NCBI RefSeq assembly: GCF_022701215.1
Contig: NZ_CP089976.1
Location: 660,001-692,000, forward strand
Length of the DNA stretch: 32,000 nt
Reading direction: 5' to 3'
Source: Moraxella nasovis
Lineage (GTDB): Bacteria > Pseudomonadota > Gammaproteobacteria > Pseudomonadales > Moraxellaceae
Part shown: positions 1 to 8,796 of the stretch, piece after piece
How positions within the stretch are numbered: the first letter of the stretch is position 1
Layout of the letters: each line of letters starts with the position of its first letter
Program-made: the position numbers and the translations under genes
Notes under the pieces: generated by a model
Seen by the model: the letters and a program-made list of their open reading frames with translations, nothing else
The model's database searches: none
What the model was told of the DNA's origin: nothing

Positions 1-788
1 AAAACAACCCCATCGCCCACCAGCCCCCGAACAGTTGTCTGAATTTTATCATCTAAATGGCTAGCATAAAAAATCAAATCGCTCATCTGCTGTGTTTGAT
101 GGTCAAGTGATAATTCCACCAATAAATCACAAACTCGATTTGCCACCGCCTCCCCAGAATCCACAAGCTCCATCTGTAAACGACGTGCAGCGATTTCTTC
201 TGCTAAAAAAGCCTTAAAAAACGGATAATGCGTACAGCCAAGCACAATGGTGTCCACGCCATCATCCGCCCATGCTTTGACTTGCTTAACCAAAAGCTTT
301 GCCACAGGGCTATCAATCGGCTTACCTGCCTCCACCCACGGCACAAGGCTTGGCTCAAAATGCTTATGAACAGTGATGTTGCTTGGCATGGCGACATCAC
401 AGATGACCTGTTGTAGCAGTTTACCATCAAGCGTGGCTCTCGTAGCAAGCACAGCCACTTGCTTGGTTTTGGTCAAAAAACAAGCAGGCTTTAGTGCAGG
501 AACAAGCCCCACGATTGGGATTAAAAACTGCTGCCTTAATACTTCAAGTGCGTGAGCAGAAGCACTATTACAGGCGATGACAATAAGCTTACAGCCTGCT
601 TGGCATAATTTTTCCACCGCTTGGCAGGTTAGCCTTAAAATCTGCTCTGCAGATTTATCGCCATAAGGTATGTTTTTAGTGTCAGCATAATAGATAAATT
701 GCTCATTTGGCAAAGTTCGTCTTAAATGCAAGAACACCGACAGACCGCCTACTCCGCTATCAAACACCCCGATTGGTGCATTATTCAT
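1..788 (-). CDS. murI: glutamate racemase (3' end runs off the window start)
   Basis: Minus-strand frame is open from the ATG at 788 to position 1. Translation MNNAPIGVFDSGVGGLSV...LIVIACNSASA...TIVLGCTHYPF carries both conserved racemase Cys motifs. It is absent from the ORF track because it has no stop inside the window. Confidence 0.85.
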   Translation of the reverse strand, partial: MNNAPIGVFDSGVGGLSVFLHLRRTLPNEQFIYYADTKNIPYGDKSAEQILRLTCQAVEKLCQAGCKLIVIACNSASAHALEVLRQQFLIPIVGLVPALKPACFLTKTKQVAVLATRATLDGKLLQQVICDVAMPSNITVHKHFEPSLVPWVEAGKPIDSPVAKLLVKQVKAWADDGVDTIVLGCTHYPFFKAFLAEEIAARRLQMELVDSGEAVANRVCDLLVELSLDHQTQQMSDLIFYASHLDDKIQTTVRGLVGDGVV

Positions 789-793
789 CGCAT

Positions 794-1399
794 TCACCGC
801 TTATCTTGCTTAATCTCAAACGTCTGATTGCCACTTGTTAGGCTTAGCACCGTGCCTGTCCCCTTATCTGTCAGCTGACCCATCTCCACCAAGTGATACA
901 GCACATTGCGATTCACACGTGCTGTAAGATTAAAGCGAGTATCAATATGCAGGCGCTCATCAAGCACGCCATCATTCATCACCGTCTTAAAATAAGGTAT
1001 ATGCTGTTCATCTAAGAAAATTTCATCGCCATGTGTTGTTGTAAATTTAATCAATGTCATGCCATCTATCGCCACCTCTTCCACTTGATTGATAAACAAT
1101 GGCACATCCGCCACACAGATTTCGTATTGATGGCTTGGTGTTTTTAAAAAATGGCGTTTTTTATCGCCTTCAATCTGTGCCCACAGCACGCTGGCAAATA
1201 AATCCACCAATGATTGGCGGGTTATTTTCACCCCTTCGTGATACCAGTCGCCATTATCGGCAATCCTAATATCAAACGGTGTGATAATCTTAGGCGACCA
1301 CAGCTCAAGCGGTGGTATAGGGCGCTCACTGGGTATCGCTTGAATCAGATGGTCAAGTGCGTTTTGTTGCGTTGGGTGTTTATGGTGATTGGCATTCAT
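794..1399 (-). CDS. DUF1285-family protein
   Basis: ORF 794..1435. The preferred start is the internal ATG at 1399 (MNANHHKH...), preceded by an AAGGA RBS. WSPKIITPFDIRIADNGDWYHEGVKITRQSLVDLF resembles DUF1285 proteins. The stop lies 6 nt before the murI start, so the two are probably an operon. Confidence 0.65.
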   Translation of the reverse strand: MNANHHKHPTQQNALDHLIQAIPSERPIPPLELWSPKIITPFDIRIADNGDWYHEGVKITRQSLVDLFASVLWAQIEGDKKRHFLKTPSHQYEICVADVPLFINQVEEVAIDGMTLIKFTTTHGDEIFLDEQHIPYFKTVMNDGVLDERLHIDTRFNLTARVNRNVLYHLVEMGQLTDKGTGTVLSLTSGNQTFEIKQDKR

Positions 1400-1638
1400 G
1401 GTTATCCTTAAATTATGGCGTGCCGAACACACCATCGCAAACAGCGTTATTATTAAATTTAGACACTCATTGTGCCTAAAAACACCTAAAAAAGCAAATA
1501 GATTGCACCAAAATCCCCAAAAGACGTCCTGTTAAATCTGTTATACACGCATTCGCTAATTGTCAATCTGCCCAATGCTTGGTAAAATGACTATCTCACC
1601 CACTAAAAGGCATTAGATAAATAGCCAAAGGAAACCCA

Positions 1639-3312
1639 ATGCAAGAACCAATTCAAAGAGAATCCATGGAATTTGATGTCGTCATCGTAGGCGGCGGCGT
1701 TGCAGGATTGTCCACCGCCATTCGTCTAAAACAGCTTGCCAATGACGCAGGCATGGATGAATTTATGGTGTGTGTTTTGGAAAAAGGATCAGAATTTGGA
1801 GCACACACGTTAAGTGGAGCGGTCATCGAGCCACGTGCATTAAGCGAACTTTTCCCAAACTGGCAAGAGATGGGAGCACCATTAAATGTAAGCGTCAAAG
1901 AAGATCGTGTGTATACGCTAAGCAGTGCCACAAAATCTGTCAAGCTACCAAGCTCAGTTGTGCCTATGAGTATGCATAACGAAGGCAATTACATCGTCTC
2001 GCTGGGCAATGTCGTCAGATGGCTTGCCGAGCAAGCAGAAAGCATGGAAATTATGCTATTTCCAGGCTTTGCTGCCAGTGAGATTCTCTATAATCATGAT
2101 GGATCTGTACGTGGCGTCCAAACAGGCGATATGGGCTTGGATGCTCATGGTCAAGCCAAACCCAGTTTTGAGGCAGGTTATGAGCTTTTGGCCAAATACA
2201 CCGTATTCGCCGAAGGATGTCGGGGGCACTTAGGCAAGCAGCTTGTCAGTCGCTTTTACCTTGATGAAGGTAAAGACCCGCAACATTATGGCATTGGTCT
2301 AAAAGAATTATGGGAGATTGACGCGGATAAACACGAAGAAGGTGTGGTATTACATGGCTCTGGCTGGCCATTAAGTGATACAGGCACATCAGGGGGGTGG
2401 TGGCTGTATTTTGCCGAAAATAATCAAGTCAGCTTTGGCATCGTAGTTGATTTATCCTACCATAATCCTTACGTTTCACCCTTTGATGAGTTGCAACGCT
2501 TAAAACTACACCCACTGATTCGCCCAATCTTAGAAGGGGGCAAACGACTATCCTATGGAGCAAGAGCCTTAACCAAGGGCGGATTAAACAGCCTGCCAAA
2601 ACTTAGCTTCGCTGGCGGTGTCTTAGTAGGCGATGATGCAGGCTTTTTAAACCCTGCCAAAATCAAAGGCACTCATACCGCCATGAAATCAGGTATGCTT
2701 GCTGCTGAGAGTATCTTTAAAGCGATCGTTGATGGACGCAGCCACGATGAAGTGACAGAATATCAGACCGCATTTGAAGACTCGTGGCTATTTACTGACG
2801 CTTATGAAGCACGCAACTTCTCGCCTGCTATGCATCGCATGGGTCTATGGATGGGCGGTGCTTTTACCTTTGTGGAACAAAATTTACTCAGCAGTAAAGT
2901 ACCATTTACCATTCATGATAACAGCTTTGATTACCATCAGCTTGATAAAGCCGATCACGCTTATCAGCCTGATTATCCCAAAGCAGATGGTAAACTTATC
3001 TTTGATAAACTGTCTAGCGTATTCATCTCGAACACCAACCACGCCGAAGATCAGCCTTGCCATCTAAAGCTCACCGACCCTACTGTACCTATTGAGCAAA
3101 ATCTACCAATTTATGCAGAGCCTGCTCGACTGTACTGCCCAGCAGGCGTATATGAAGTGGTAGCAGACGAGACCACCAAGCATGGTGCTAGGTTTGTCAT
3201 TAATAGTCAAAACTGCGTTCACTGTAAGACATGCGACATCAAAGACCCTGCTCAGAATATCACTTGGGTAACTCCTGAAGGTGGTGGCGGACCAAATTAT
3301 CCAAATATGTAA
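1639..3312 (+). CDS. electron transfer flavoprotein-ubiquinone oxidoreductase (ETF-QO)
   Basis: 557 aa. N-terminal FAD fold DVVIVGGGVAGLS. C-terminal ferredoxin-like NCVHCKTCDIKDP cluster and GGGGPNYPNM end, both typical of ETF-QO. Confidence 0.93.
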   Translation: MQEPIQRESMEFDVVIVGGGVAGLSTAIRLKQLANDAGMDEFMVCVLEKGSEFGAHTLSGAVIEPRALSELFPNWQEMGAPLNVSVKEDRVYTLSSATKSVKLPSSVVPMSMHNEGNYIVSLGNVVRWLAEQAESMEIMLFPGFAASEILYNHDGSVRGVQTGDMGLDAHGQAKPSFEAGYELLAKYTVFAEGCRGHLGKQLVSRFYLDEGKDPQHYGIGLKELWEIDADKHEEGVVLHGSGWPLSDTGTSGGWWLYFAENNQVSFGIVVDLSYHNPYVSPFDELQRLKLHPLIRPILEGGKRLSYGARALTKGGLNSLPKLSFAGGVLVGDDAGFLNPAKIKGTHTAMKSGMLAAESIFKAIVDGRSHDEVTEYQTAFEDSWLFTDAYEARNFSPAMHRMGLWMGGAFTFVEQNLLSSKVPFTIHDNSFDYHQLDKADHAYQPDYPKADGKLIFDKLSSVFISNTNHAEDQPCHLKLTDPTVPIEQNLPIYAEPARLYCPAGVYEVVADETTKHGARFVINSQNCVHCKTCDIKDPAQNITWVTPEGGGGPNYPNM

Positions 3313-3319
3313 TTAAAAA

Positions 3320-3350
3320 AGCCTATCAGTCATTGATAGGCTTTTATTTT
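3320..3350 (+). terminator. rho-independent terminator after ETF-QO
   Basis: Stem AGCCTATCA / TGATAGGCT followed by a T-run, directly after the stop codon. Confidence 0.7.
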
Positions 3351-3377
3351 AAGAGCTAAGCTTATATCATTAAGTAT

Positions 3378-3800
3378 TCAAATATTTTGTTTAATAACAA
3401 CTTTATCAATTAGCACGTGATCTGCCTGTAAGCTGTCACCAAACTCAAGTAAGATCACATCTTGCACAATACCTACCAAATTAAGTGCCGCTTCTACACC
3501 CAAATTAACGCTACCGACGACTGCCACTGGGCTTTTCTTTAAAAATAGCCCATCACAGTGTAGTTAATACGCCACGCCACCACCAATATTCTCATCTTTA
3601 CCTGATATGCCAAGCTTGCGCCATTTGGCTCCTGCCACGATGATGCTACGGCTCAGATACAAGCCCTGTATTTAACGTGATGCGATAGCCATCATCCACT
3701 TTCTCAATGTTAGACATGCTGATATGTTCTTTTGCCGTGATGGCATAGGTCTTTATATGTTAAGTAAGATTGACCGATAGCTGACTACCAGTCGTTAAAG
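3378..3800 (-). pseudogene. ahpF: alkyl hydroperoxide reductase subunit F relic (internal fragment)
   Basis: Minus-strand translation SIIVAGAKWRKLGISGKDENIGGGVAY*LHCDGLFLKKSPVAVVGSVNLGVEAALNLVGIVQDVILLEFGDSLQADHVLIDKVV. It parallels E. coli AhpF [64 protein letters not shown]. An in-frame TAA (3564-3566) replaces the first redox Cys. There is an upstream frameshift and both ends are missing. No ORF of 60 aa or more lies here. Confidence 0.7.
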
Positions 3801-4177
3801 GCATAAAAAATTAGGCTCTCAATGTCTTAGGCATCTTTTTCCCATCACAAAAGTTATAGGTTGGATAATTTTTCGCTATATACTCATACAGCATCTAATA
3901 AAGCCTAAACCTAATATTGCCATATTTTGTTGCTTACTTCACTTAGATTATGATTGAAAGCTGGCACCATTACCAATTTACCTAGACATTAATACCCAAA
4001 AGCCTAGAAAAAAAAGAATTTAGAATGTAAAATATTATGATGATAAAAACTGCACACATTTATATATTTTATAAATTTTACCAATCGTTATAAAATTACT
4101 CAAATCAGCTTGCTAAGCTGTGTCATTCTTGTTAATATAACCCTACATAAAATTTTAACCACCAAAAGGAGAATGTT

Positions 4178-4399
4178 ATGTTTCCAGAATACCGTGAACT
4201 AATGACAAAGCTAAAAGCAGAAAATGACTTGCACTTCACTAAGCTGTTTGATGAACACAATCAGCTTGATGAAGAAATTACTAACATCGAAAACGATCCT
4301 GTGCAAGCTGTTAGCCGTGAAAGCGAAATCGAATCTTTAAAGCGTAAAAAGCTTGCACTAAAAGACGAACTTGGTCGATATCTAGCAACTAAAGCCTAA
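4178..4399 (+). CDS. ydcH: YdcH-like DUF465 small protein
   Basis: 73 aa. MFPEYRELMTKLKAENDLHFTKLFDEHNQLDEEI is close to E. coli YdcH MFPEYRDLISRLKNENPRF..LFDKHNKLDHEI. GGAG RBS upstream. Confidence 0.8.
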   Translation: MFPEYRELMTKLKAENDLHFTKLFDEHNQLDEEITNIENDPVQAVSRESEIESLKRKKLALKDELGRYLATKA

Positions 4400-4418
4400 T
4401 TCTTAGCTAAATAATGTA

Positions 4419-4449
4419 ACAAGCCCCACCTGCTGGGGTTTGTTTTTTT
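4419..4449 (+). terminator. rho-independent terminator after ydcH-like gene
   Basis: AAGCCCCA-CCTGC-TGGGGTTT hairpin followed by TTTTTTT. Confidence 0.6.
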
Positions 4450-4963
4450 CTAAACTTATTAGCGGATAACTTCACGCCTGCCATTAGTCAAATAACATCT
4501 AAATCAAAATAAAAAACTTTGGCAAATATTAGGGCTTTTATCATCTTAAATTTAATACCGATTAGATTTTACCGACCAAATCAAGACTTGGTTTAGCGTT
4601 TTAACCTACTTTTCACGTATAAAATCTATAATTTTTATCCAGTTAAAAATTTTAAATATTTTGTTTTGTTTTATTAAACTTAAGTGTAAAATATCCCAAT
4701 AATGGGCGTGGTAACTTTTCGTCTTTGATAATAAAACACGCTATTTTTAGACCGATTTTAGATTGGCACAAAATCAGTTTTTTTTAAAAGCCTACAAAAA
4801 TATCTCACCACACCCACGGGCTTTAAAAAAACGACAAAAACTTAGCCGTTTTTACCCAAAAACGAATAATTTATTTATTTGAAAATTAAAAACCAACACA
4901 CCCTATTTTTATAAGTCTTTGCGTGATGAATTATCAACACGCCCTAATGATAATAGCCATACC

Positions 4964-5863
4964 ATGATTACTCTTCGTCAATTAGAATTTGCCCTTGCGG
5001 TTGCTAAGCATAAACACTTTAAGCGTGCTGCTGAAGAATGTAATATCTCTCAGTCAGCACTCAGCTTAGGCATTGCCGAGCTTGAAAGACAGCTTGATAC
5101 TCAGATTTTTGAACGTAATAACAAACAAGTCTTAATCACGCCTATCGGTGAAGAGCTTATTGAACGTGCCTTAAGAGTACTTAGCGAAGTTAATGACCTA
5201 ACAACAAGAGCTCATAGCCACCAGATCGCACTTGCCTATCCAATGGCAATCGGCATTATCCCCACCATCGCTCCTTATTTACTACCGAAAGTTCTTCCTG
5301 TCTTAAAGGCAAGATACCCAAGCTTTAAGCTGTCGATTATCGAAAAACAAACGGAGCGGCTCATCGAACAGGTTCGTTATGGGCATATTGATACCGCCAT
5401 CATCGCCCTGCCTTATGCTGTAGATGGGCTACACAGTTTTGAGTTTTGGGCAGAAGATTTTTTTGCGATTTTTCCAAATAACGACCCAAAAGCCAACCTG
5501 CCCCACATTACCAGTAGTGAATTGGCAAGGTCAAATCTTTTGTTACTTGGCGAAGGACATTGTCTGACAGATCAGGCACTGTCTGTGTGTGCTATGGATC
5601 AGCATGAAGTTAAATCAAACTTTTTTGATGCCAGTTTAAACACCATCATTCAGATGGCGATTGCAGGCATGGGGACGACACTTGTGCCTAAGATGGCTCT
5701 TGACCAGATCAGTAATCTTGACACCATTTCCGCTGTGCCATTAGCAGAGCGTGGGCCACACCGTAAGCTTGCTTTTATTACACGGCTAAACTACGCTCGA
5801 GTAAATGATGTTAAGCTACTTAGTCAGATTTTTAGCAAAGCCCTAGCAGATCATGACGCTTAG
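4964..5863 (+). CDS. oxyR: LysR-family hydrogen peroxide-responsive regulator, OxyR-like
   Basis: The track ORF starts at a TTG at 4919. The ATG at 4964 gives MITLRQLEFALAVAKHKHFKRAAEECNISQSALS (LysR wHTH). GEGHCLTDQALSVC aligns with E. coli OxyR EDGHCLRDQAMGFC, so both redox Cys positions are conserved. Confidence 0.78.
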   Translation: MITLRQLEFALAVAKHKHFKRAAEECNISQSALSLGIAELERQLDTQIFERNNKQVLITPIGEELIERALRVLSEVNDLTTRAHSHQIALAYPMAIGIIPTIAPYLLPKVLPVLKARYPSFKLSIIEKQTERLIEQVRYGHIDTAIIALPYAVDGLHSFEFWAEDFFAIFPNNDPKANLPHITSSELARSNLLLLGEGHCLTDQALSVCAMDQHEVKSNFFDASLNTIIQMAIAGMGTTLVPKMALDQISNLDTISAVPLAERGPHRKLAFITRLNYARVNDVKLLSQIFSKALADHDA

Positions 5864-6510
5864 ATACTACGCTGCCTTAAGATATTATGCCACTTGCGAT
5901 AGTCTGGCATCGCCTGCTCAACCGACTGCCAAAACGCCTTGCTGTGATTGGCATGGTGCAAGTGGCATAATTCATGCACAAAGACATATTCTGTGCATTC
6001 ATAAGGATAAGCTGCCAGATATATCGATAGCCAAACTCTAGCCGAATGGGTATTACAGCCCCCCCACCGTGTCGTCATTTTCTTTAGGCGAATTTCACTT
6101 GCACAACGCCCCACGATAGGCTGCCACGTCTGTGCCAATATGGGTAATTTTCCCTGCAATGCCTGCCGATAGATTACCATCAAAAGATTTTGTTTGTGGG
6201 TATTGCTAAGCTTAATATCATCAGTCTTTATGCCATTTTTATCACAATAAGCTTGGATGTCAAGTGGCCGACCCCACAGTATGGGTGATGTTTGGGCGGT
6301 GTTTTGCTGTATTAGCTTAGCATTAACATCAATCGCCCAAGCCAATCGGCTCTCAATCAAGCTTATCGCTTGGTTAGGATTAAGCAGATGCGGTATACTC
6401 ACATACAGCTTATTTGGCTTCATGCGAAAATTGATATTTTTAACAGATTTTTTGGTGATAATAAGCCAGATGCCATGATGGGCAAACTGCGCCTTAAGTG
6501 TAGTGTACAT
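5860..6510 (-). CDS. YgjP-like (DUF45/M48-related) metal-dependent hydrolase
   Basis: 216 aa. TTRWGGCN...YVFVHELCHLHHANHSKAFW (HExxH plus NHS..FW) is typical of the YgjP family. It converges on oxyR with a 4-nt overlap. Confidence 0.85.
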   Translation of the reverse strand: MYTTLKAQFAHHGIWLIITKKSVKNINFRMKPNKLYVSIPHLLNPNQAISLIESRLAWAIDVNAKLIQQNTAQTSPILWGRPLDIQAYCDKNGIKTDDIKLSNTHKQNLLMVIYRQALQGKLPILAQTWQPIVGRCASEIRLKKMTTRWGGCNTHSARVWLSIYLAAYPYECTEYVFVHELCHLHHANHSKAFWQSVEQAMPDYRKWHNILRQRSI

Positions 6511-6550
6511 TAAAATGAATTTAAAAGAGCATCATCAGTAAAATAACACA

Positions 6551-6577
6551 AAAAACCCCTTAACTAAGGGGTTTTTT
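6551..6577 (-). terminator. rho-independent terminator after the OmpA-family gene
   Basis: Perfect hairpin AAAAACCCCTTA-AC-TAAGGGGTTTTT with A/T runs on both sides. Confidence 0.7.
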
Positions 6578-6594
6578 ATTGCACAGCATGATAA

Positions 6595-7242
6595 TTATCT
6601 GATATCATTTGGTGCTAAAATAGTAATCTCAACACGGCGATTGTCTTCATAAGATGGTCCAAACTGACTTGTCTCGCCACGTCCATAAGCACTGATACGG
6701 TGCGATGACACGCCTTGACGTTGTAGATAATTTGCTACTGCTTGAGCACGGTTTTGTGATAGACGATAGTTAAAGTCGCTGTCGCCTTCCACAGAAGCAT
6801 AGCCATTAATTTGGATATTAGTTTGGTCGTACTGTGCCAACGTATTCGCCACTTGGTTTAGCGTGCGGTATGACTGTGATTTGATGTCATAACGAGCCAC
6901 ATCAAATGTGATGGCTTCTGGAATAGCAAGGCTGATGTTATTGGTGTTTGGATCACGAGCAACTTCAATGCCTGTGCCAGCAGTTTGTTGCTTAAGCTGG
7001 GCTTCTTGGCGGCTCATATACGCACCCACACTTGCACCTAGTGCCGCACCAATAGCAGCGTCACGACCTGTGTTATCGCCACCTGTACTTTTTGAGATAA
7101 CCGCACCTAGCACTGCACCGCCTAACGCACCTAGACCTGCATTCTTAGCAGTACTGCCGTTTGTGCCATTGCCAGTTGCACAGCCTGTTAGAACCATAGT
7201 GGAGGCTAGGGCTGATACTGCAAATAATTTAACGCTTTTCAT
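6595..7242 (-). CDS. OmpA-family lipoprotein (Gly-zipper N-terminal part plus OmpA C-terminal peptidoglycan-binding domain)
   Basis: Preferred start is the ATG at 7242 with an AAGGAG RBS. MKSVKLFAVSALASTMVLTGC has a lipobox. A GLGALGGAVLGAV glycine zipper is present. The C-terminal NGYASVEGDSDFNYRLSQNRAQAVANYL...RRVEI is OmpA-like. Confidence 0.85.
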   Translation of the reverse strand: MKSVKLFAVSALASTMVLTGCATGNGTNGSTAKNAGLGALGGAVLGAVISKSTGGDNTGRDAAIGAALGASVGAYMSRQEAQLKQQTAGTGIEVARDPNTNNISLAIPEAITFDVARYDIKSQSYRTLNQVANTLAQYDQTNIQINGYASVEGDSDFNYRLSQNRAQAVANYLQRQGVSSHRISAYGRGETSQFGPSYEDNRRVEITILAPNDIR

Positions 7243-7415
7243 GATAAGCTCCTTATGCTTATACTTATGGGTATTTATCATCAGTATACCTATAAAAAAT
7301 AAATATTGTGTTGTAACTATGTATCTAATTGTGTATATTTTATAAATAAAATCGCCAAAATCGGCGATATTTTGTTAGAATGTGGTAAATTTTATCGCCT
7401 TTTGTTGGAACTTGC

Positions 7416-8381
7416 ATGACACATCACTCCCAAAAACCCGCTAGAAGCCCTTTTAAGCTCACCCAAAAGCTACATCACTCATTCCCAAAGCTTGCCCAAA
7501 AGCTGTCTTTAGCTGCAGGCTCAGGGACAATAGCCCTAAACAGCTTGGCAGTAGGGCTGCCCATCTATGCTGCTGGACTTGCCAAAACGCTTGGCAATTC
7601 TAAGCGTGCTGATGATGCGGTGATTGGCATTACCAAGCATTGGATTACAACGAATAATTTATTGATTGATAAAATCTTGCCAAATAAAGATTGGCGTATC
7701 ACTCTGCCTGATAACCTAAACCCAAATGGCAAATATCTGCTTATCTGCAATCACCAATCATGGGTAGATACCAGTATCATTCAATACATCAGCGAAAACC
7801 GTCTGCCTATCACACGCTTTTTTACCAAGCATGAGCTCATTTATATCCCTATTGTCGGTCAGACCTTTTATTTTCTTGACTTTCCGATGATGAAACGCCA
7901 CTCTAAAGAGCAAATTGCCAAAAACCCAAGCCTTGCTGGTCGAGATATCCAAGAGGCAAAACGAGCCTGCCAACTGCTCAAAGACAAGCCTTTTGTTTTA
8001 TTGAACTATCTTGAAGGCACTCGCTTTACACAAGCCAAGCATGCCAAACAAAACTCACCTTATCGCCATCTACTAAAGCCCAAGGCAGGCGGTTTTGCTC
8101 TAGCGGTTCATAGCCTAGGTGATAAGATTGATGGCATTTTAGACATGACGCTCGTCTATCCTGATGGCATACCCACTTACACAGACCTATGGCAAGGTAA
8201 AATCACTCGCTTGGCGGTGGATATTCGCCCTGTTAAGATGGACGATACGTTATTTAGCAGCCTTGTACAGGGCAAATACGACAGCGATGATACGACAAAA
8301 TCAGCCTTATTTGATTGGCTTGACCAAATATGGCAAGCCAAAGATGCACGTATCGATGAGATGCTAGCACAGTTTGACTAA
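7416..8381 (+). CDS. yihG: PlsC-superfamily acyltransferase, YihG-like
   Basis: 321 aa. YLLICNHQSWVDT (Hx4D box) and NYLEGTRFTQAKHAKQNSPYRHLLKPKAGG parallel E. coli YihG WYLLICNHRSWADI / [30 protein letters not shown]. Confidence 0.8.
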   Translation: MTHHSQKPARSPFKLTQKLHHSFPKLAQKLSLAAGSGTIALNSLAVGLPIYAAGLAKTLGNSKRADDAVIGITKHWITTNNLLIDKILPNKDWRITLPDNLNPNGKYLLICNHQSWVDTSIIQYISENRLPITRFFTKHELIYIPIVGQTFYFLDFPMMKRHSKEQIAKNPSLAGRDIQEAKRACQLLKDKPFVLLNYLEGTRFTQAKHAKQNSPYRHLLKPKAGGFALAVHSLGDKIDGILDMTLVYPDGIPTYTDLWQGKITRLAVDIRPVKMDDTLFSSLVQGKYDSDDTTKSALFDWLDQIWQAKDARIDEMLAQFD

Positions 8382-8423
8382 ATAAAAAGCGTAACGCTGA
8401 GTTAGCTTGTAACGATAATCAAT

Positions 8424-8453
8424 AAAAAAACCTTGCTCATTGGCAAGGTTTTT
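8424..8453. terminator. bidirectional rho-independent terminator
   Basis: CCTTGC-TCATTG-GCAAGG hairpin flanked by an A-run and a T-run, between convergent genes. Confidence 0.7.
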
Positions 8454-8464
8454 ATCTGACTGCC

Positions 8465-8647
8465 TTACTTGGCAACTGTTTCTACCGCTGTCTCAGCAGT
8501 CTGTAATGGTTCACTGTGGTGCTCGCCTGCTGGACGCAAGAAAGCAAAAACGCCAATCCCCACAACCATCGCTAAAAATAAAGTGATGCCAATTAAAGAG
8601 GTTAAAAGTTCTTTAACTGGGCTGTTTTCTGATGCATCATGTGCCAT
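8465..8647 (-). CDS. small single-pass membrane protein, hypothetical
   Basis: 60 aa with one hydrophobic helix (LIGITLFLAMVVGIGVFAFL). AGGTG RBS 6 nt upstream of the ATG and a terminator just downstream. Confidence 0.45.
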   Translation of the reverse strand: MAHDASENSPVKELLTSLIGITLFLAMVVGIGVFAFLRPAGEHHSEPLQTAETAVETVAK

Positions 8648-8796
8648 AATTCACCTACCATCTAAAAGTTATGCACATACAGCCTGCGACTGCTTGGCTT
8701 AGTGCTTTATAAATAACCCTATTATATACCAAATTTTACTTTTTTGTACAATAGTTTAATATATTGTAAGTACTTTTCATGCAGTAGGCGATGATT

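Noticed and set aside
203-555. Track ORFs 203..448(-), 228..416(+) and 373..555(+).
   Set aside because: All lie inside the murI coding region in other frames or antisense. Their compositions are odd and Cys/Leu/Ser-rich, and the murI frame explains the region.
1653-3067. Short ORFs nested in or antisense to ETF-QO (1653..1988-, 1770..1979+, 2009..2233+, 2774..3067+).
   Set aside because: They are overlapped by a 557-aa ORF with unmistakable ETF-QO motifs. None has an RBS or recognisable motif.
4400-4963. A 560-bp non-coding AT-rich stretch upstream of oxyR, considered as a possible sRNA, riboswitch or decayed gene.
   Set aside because: I could not find conserved-looking structure, repeats or residual protein similarity in any frame. 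It is probably promoter/spacer DNA, possibly left over from the ahpCF decay.
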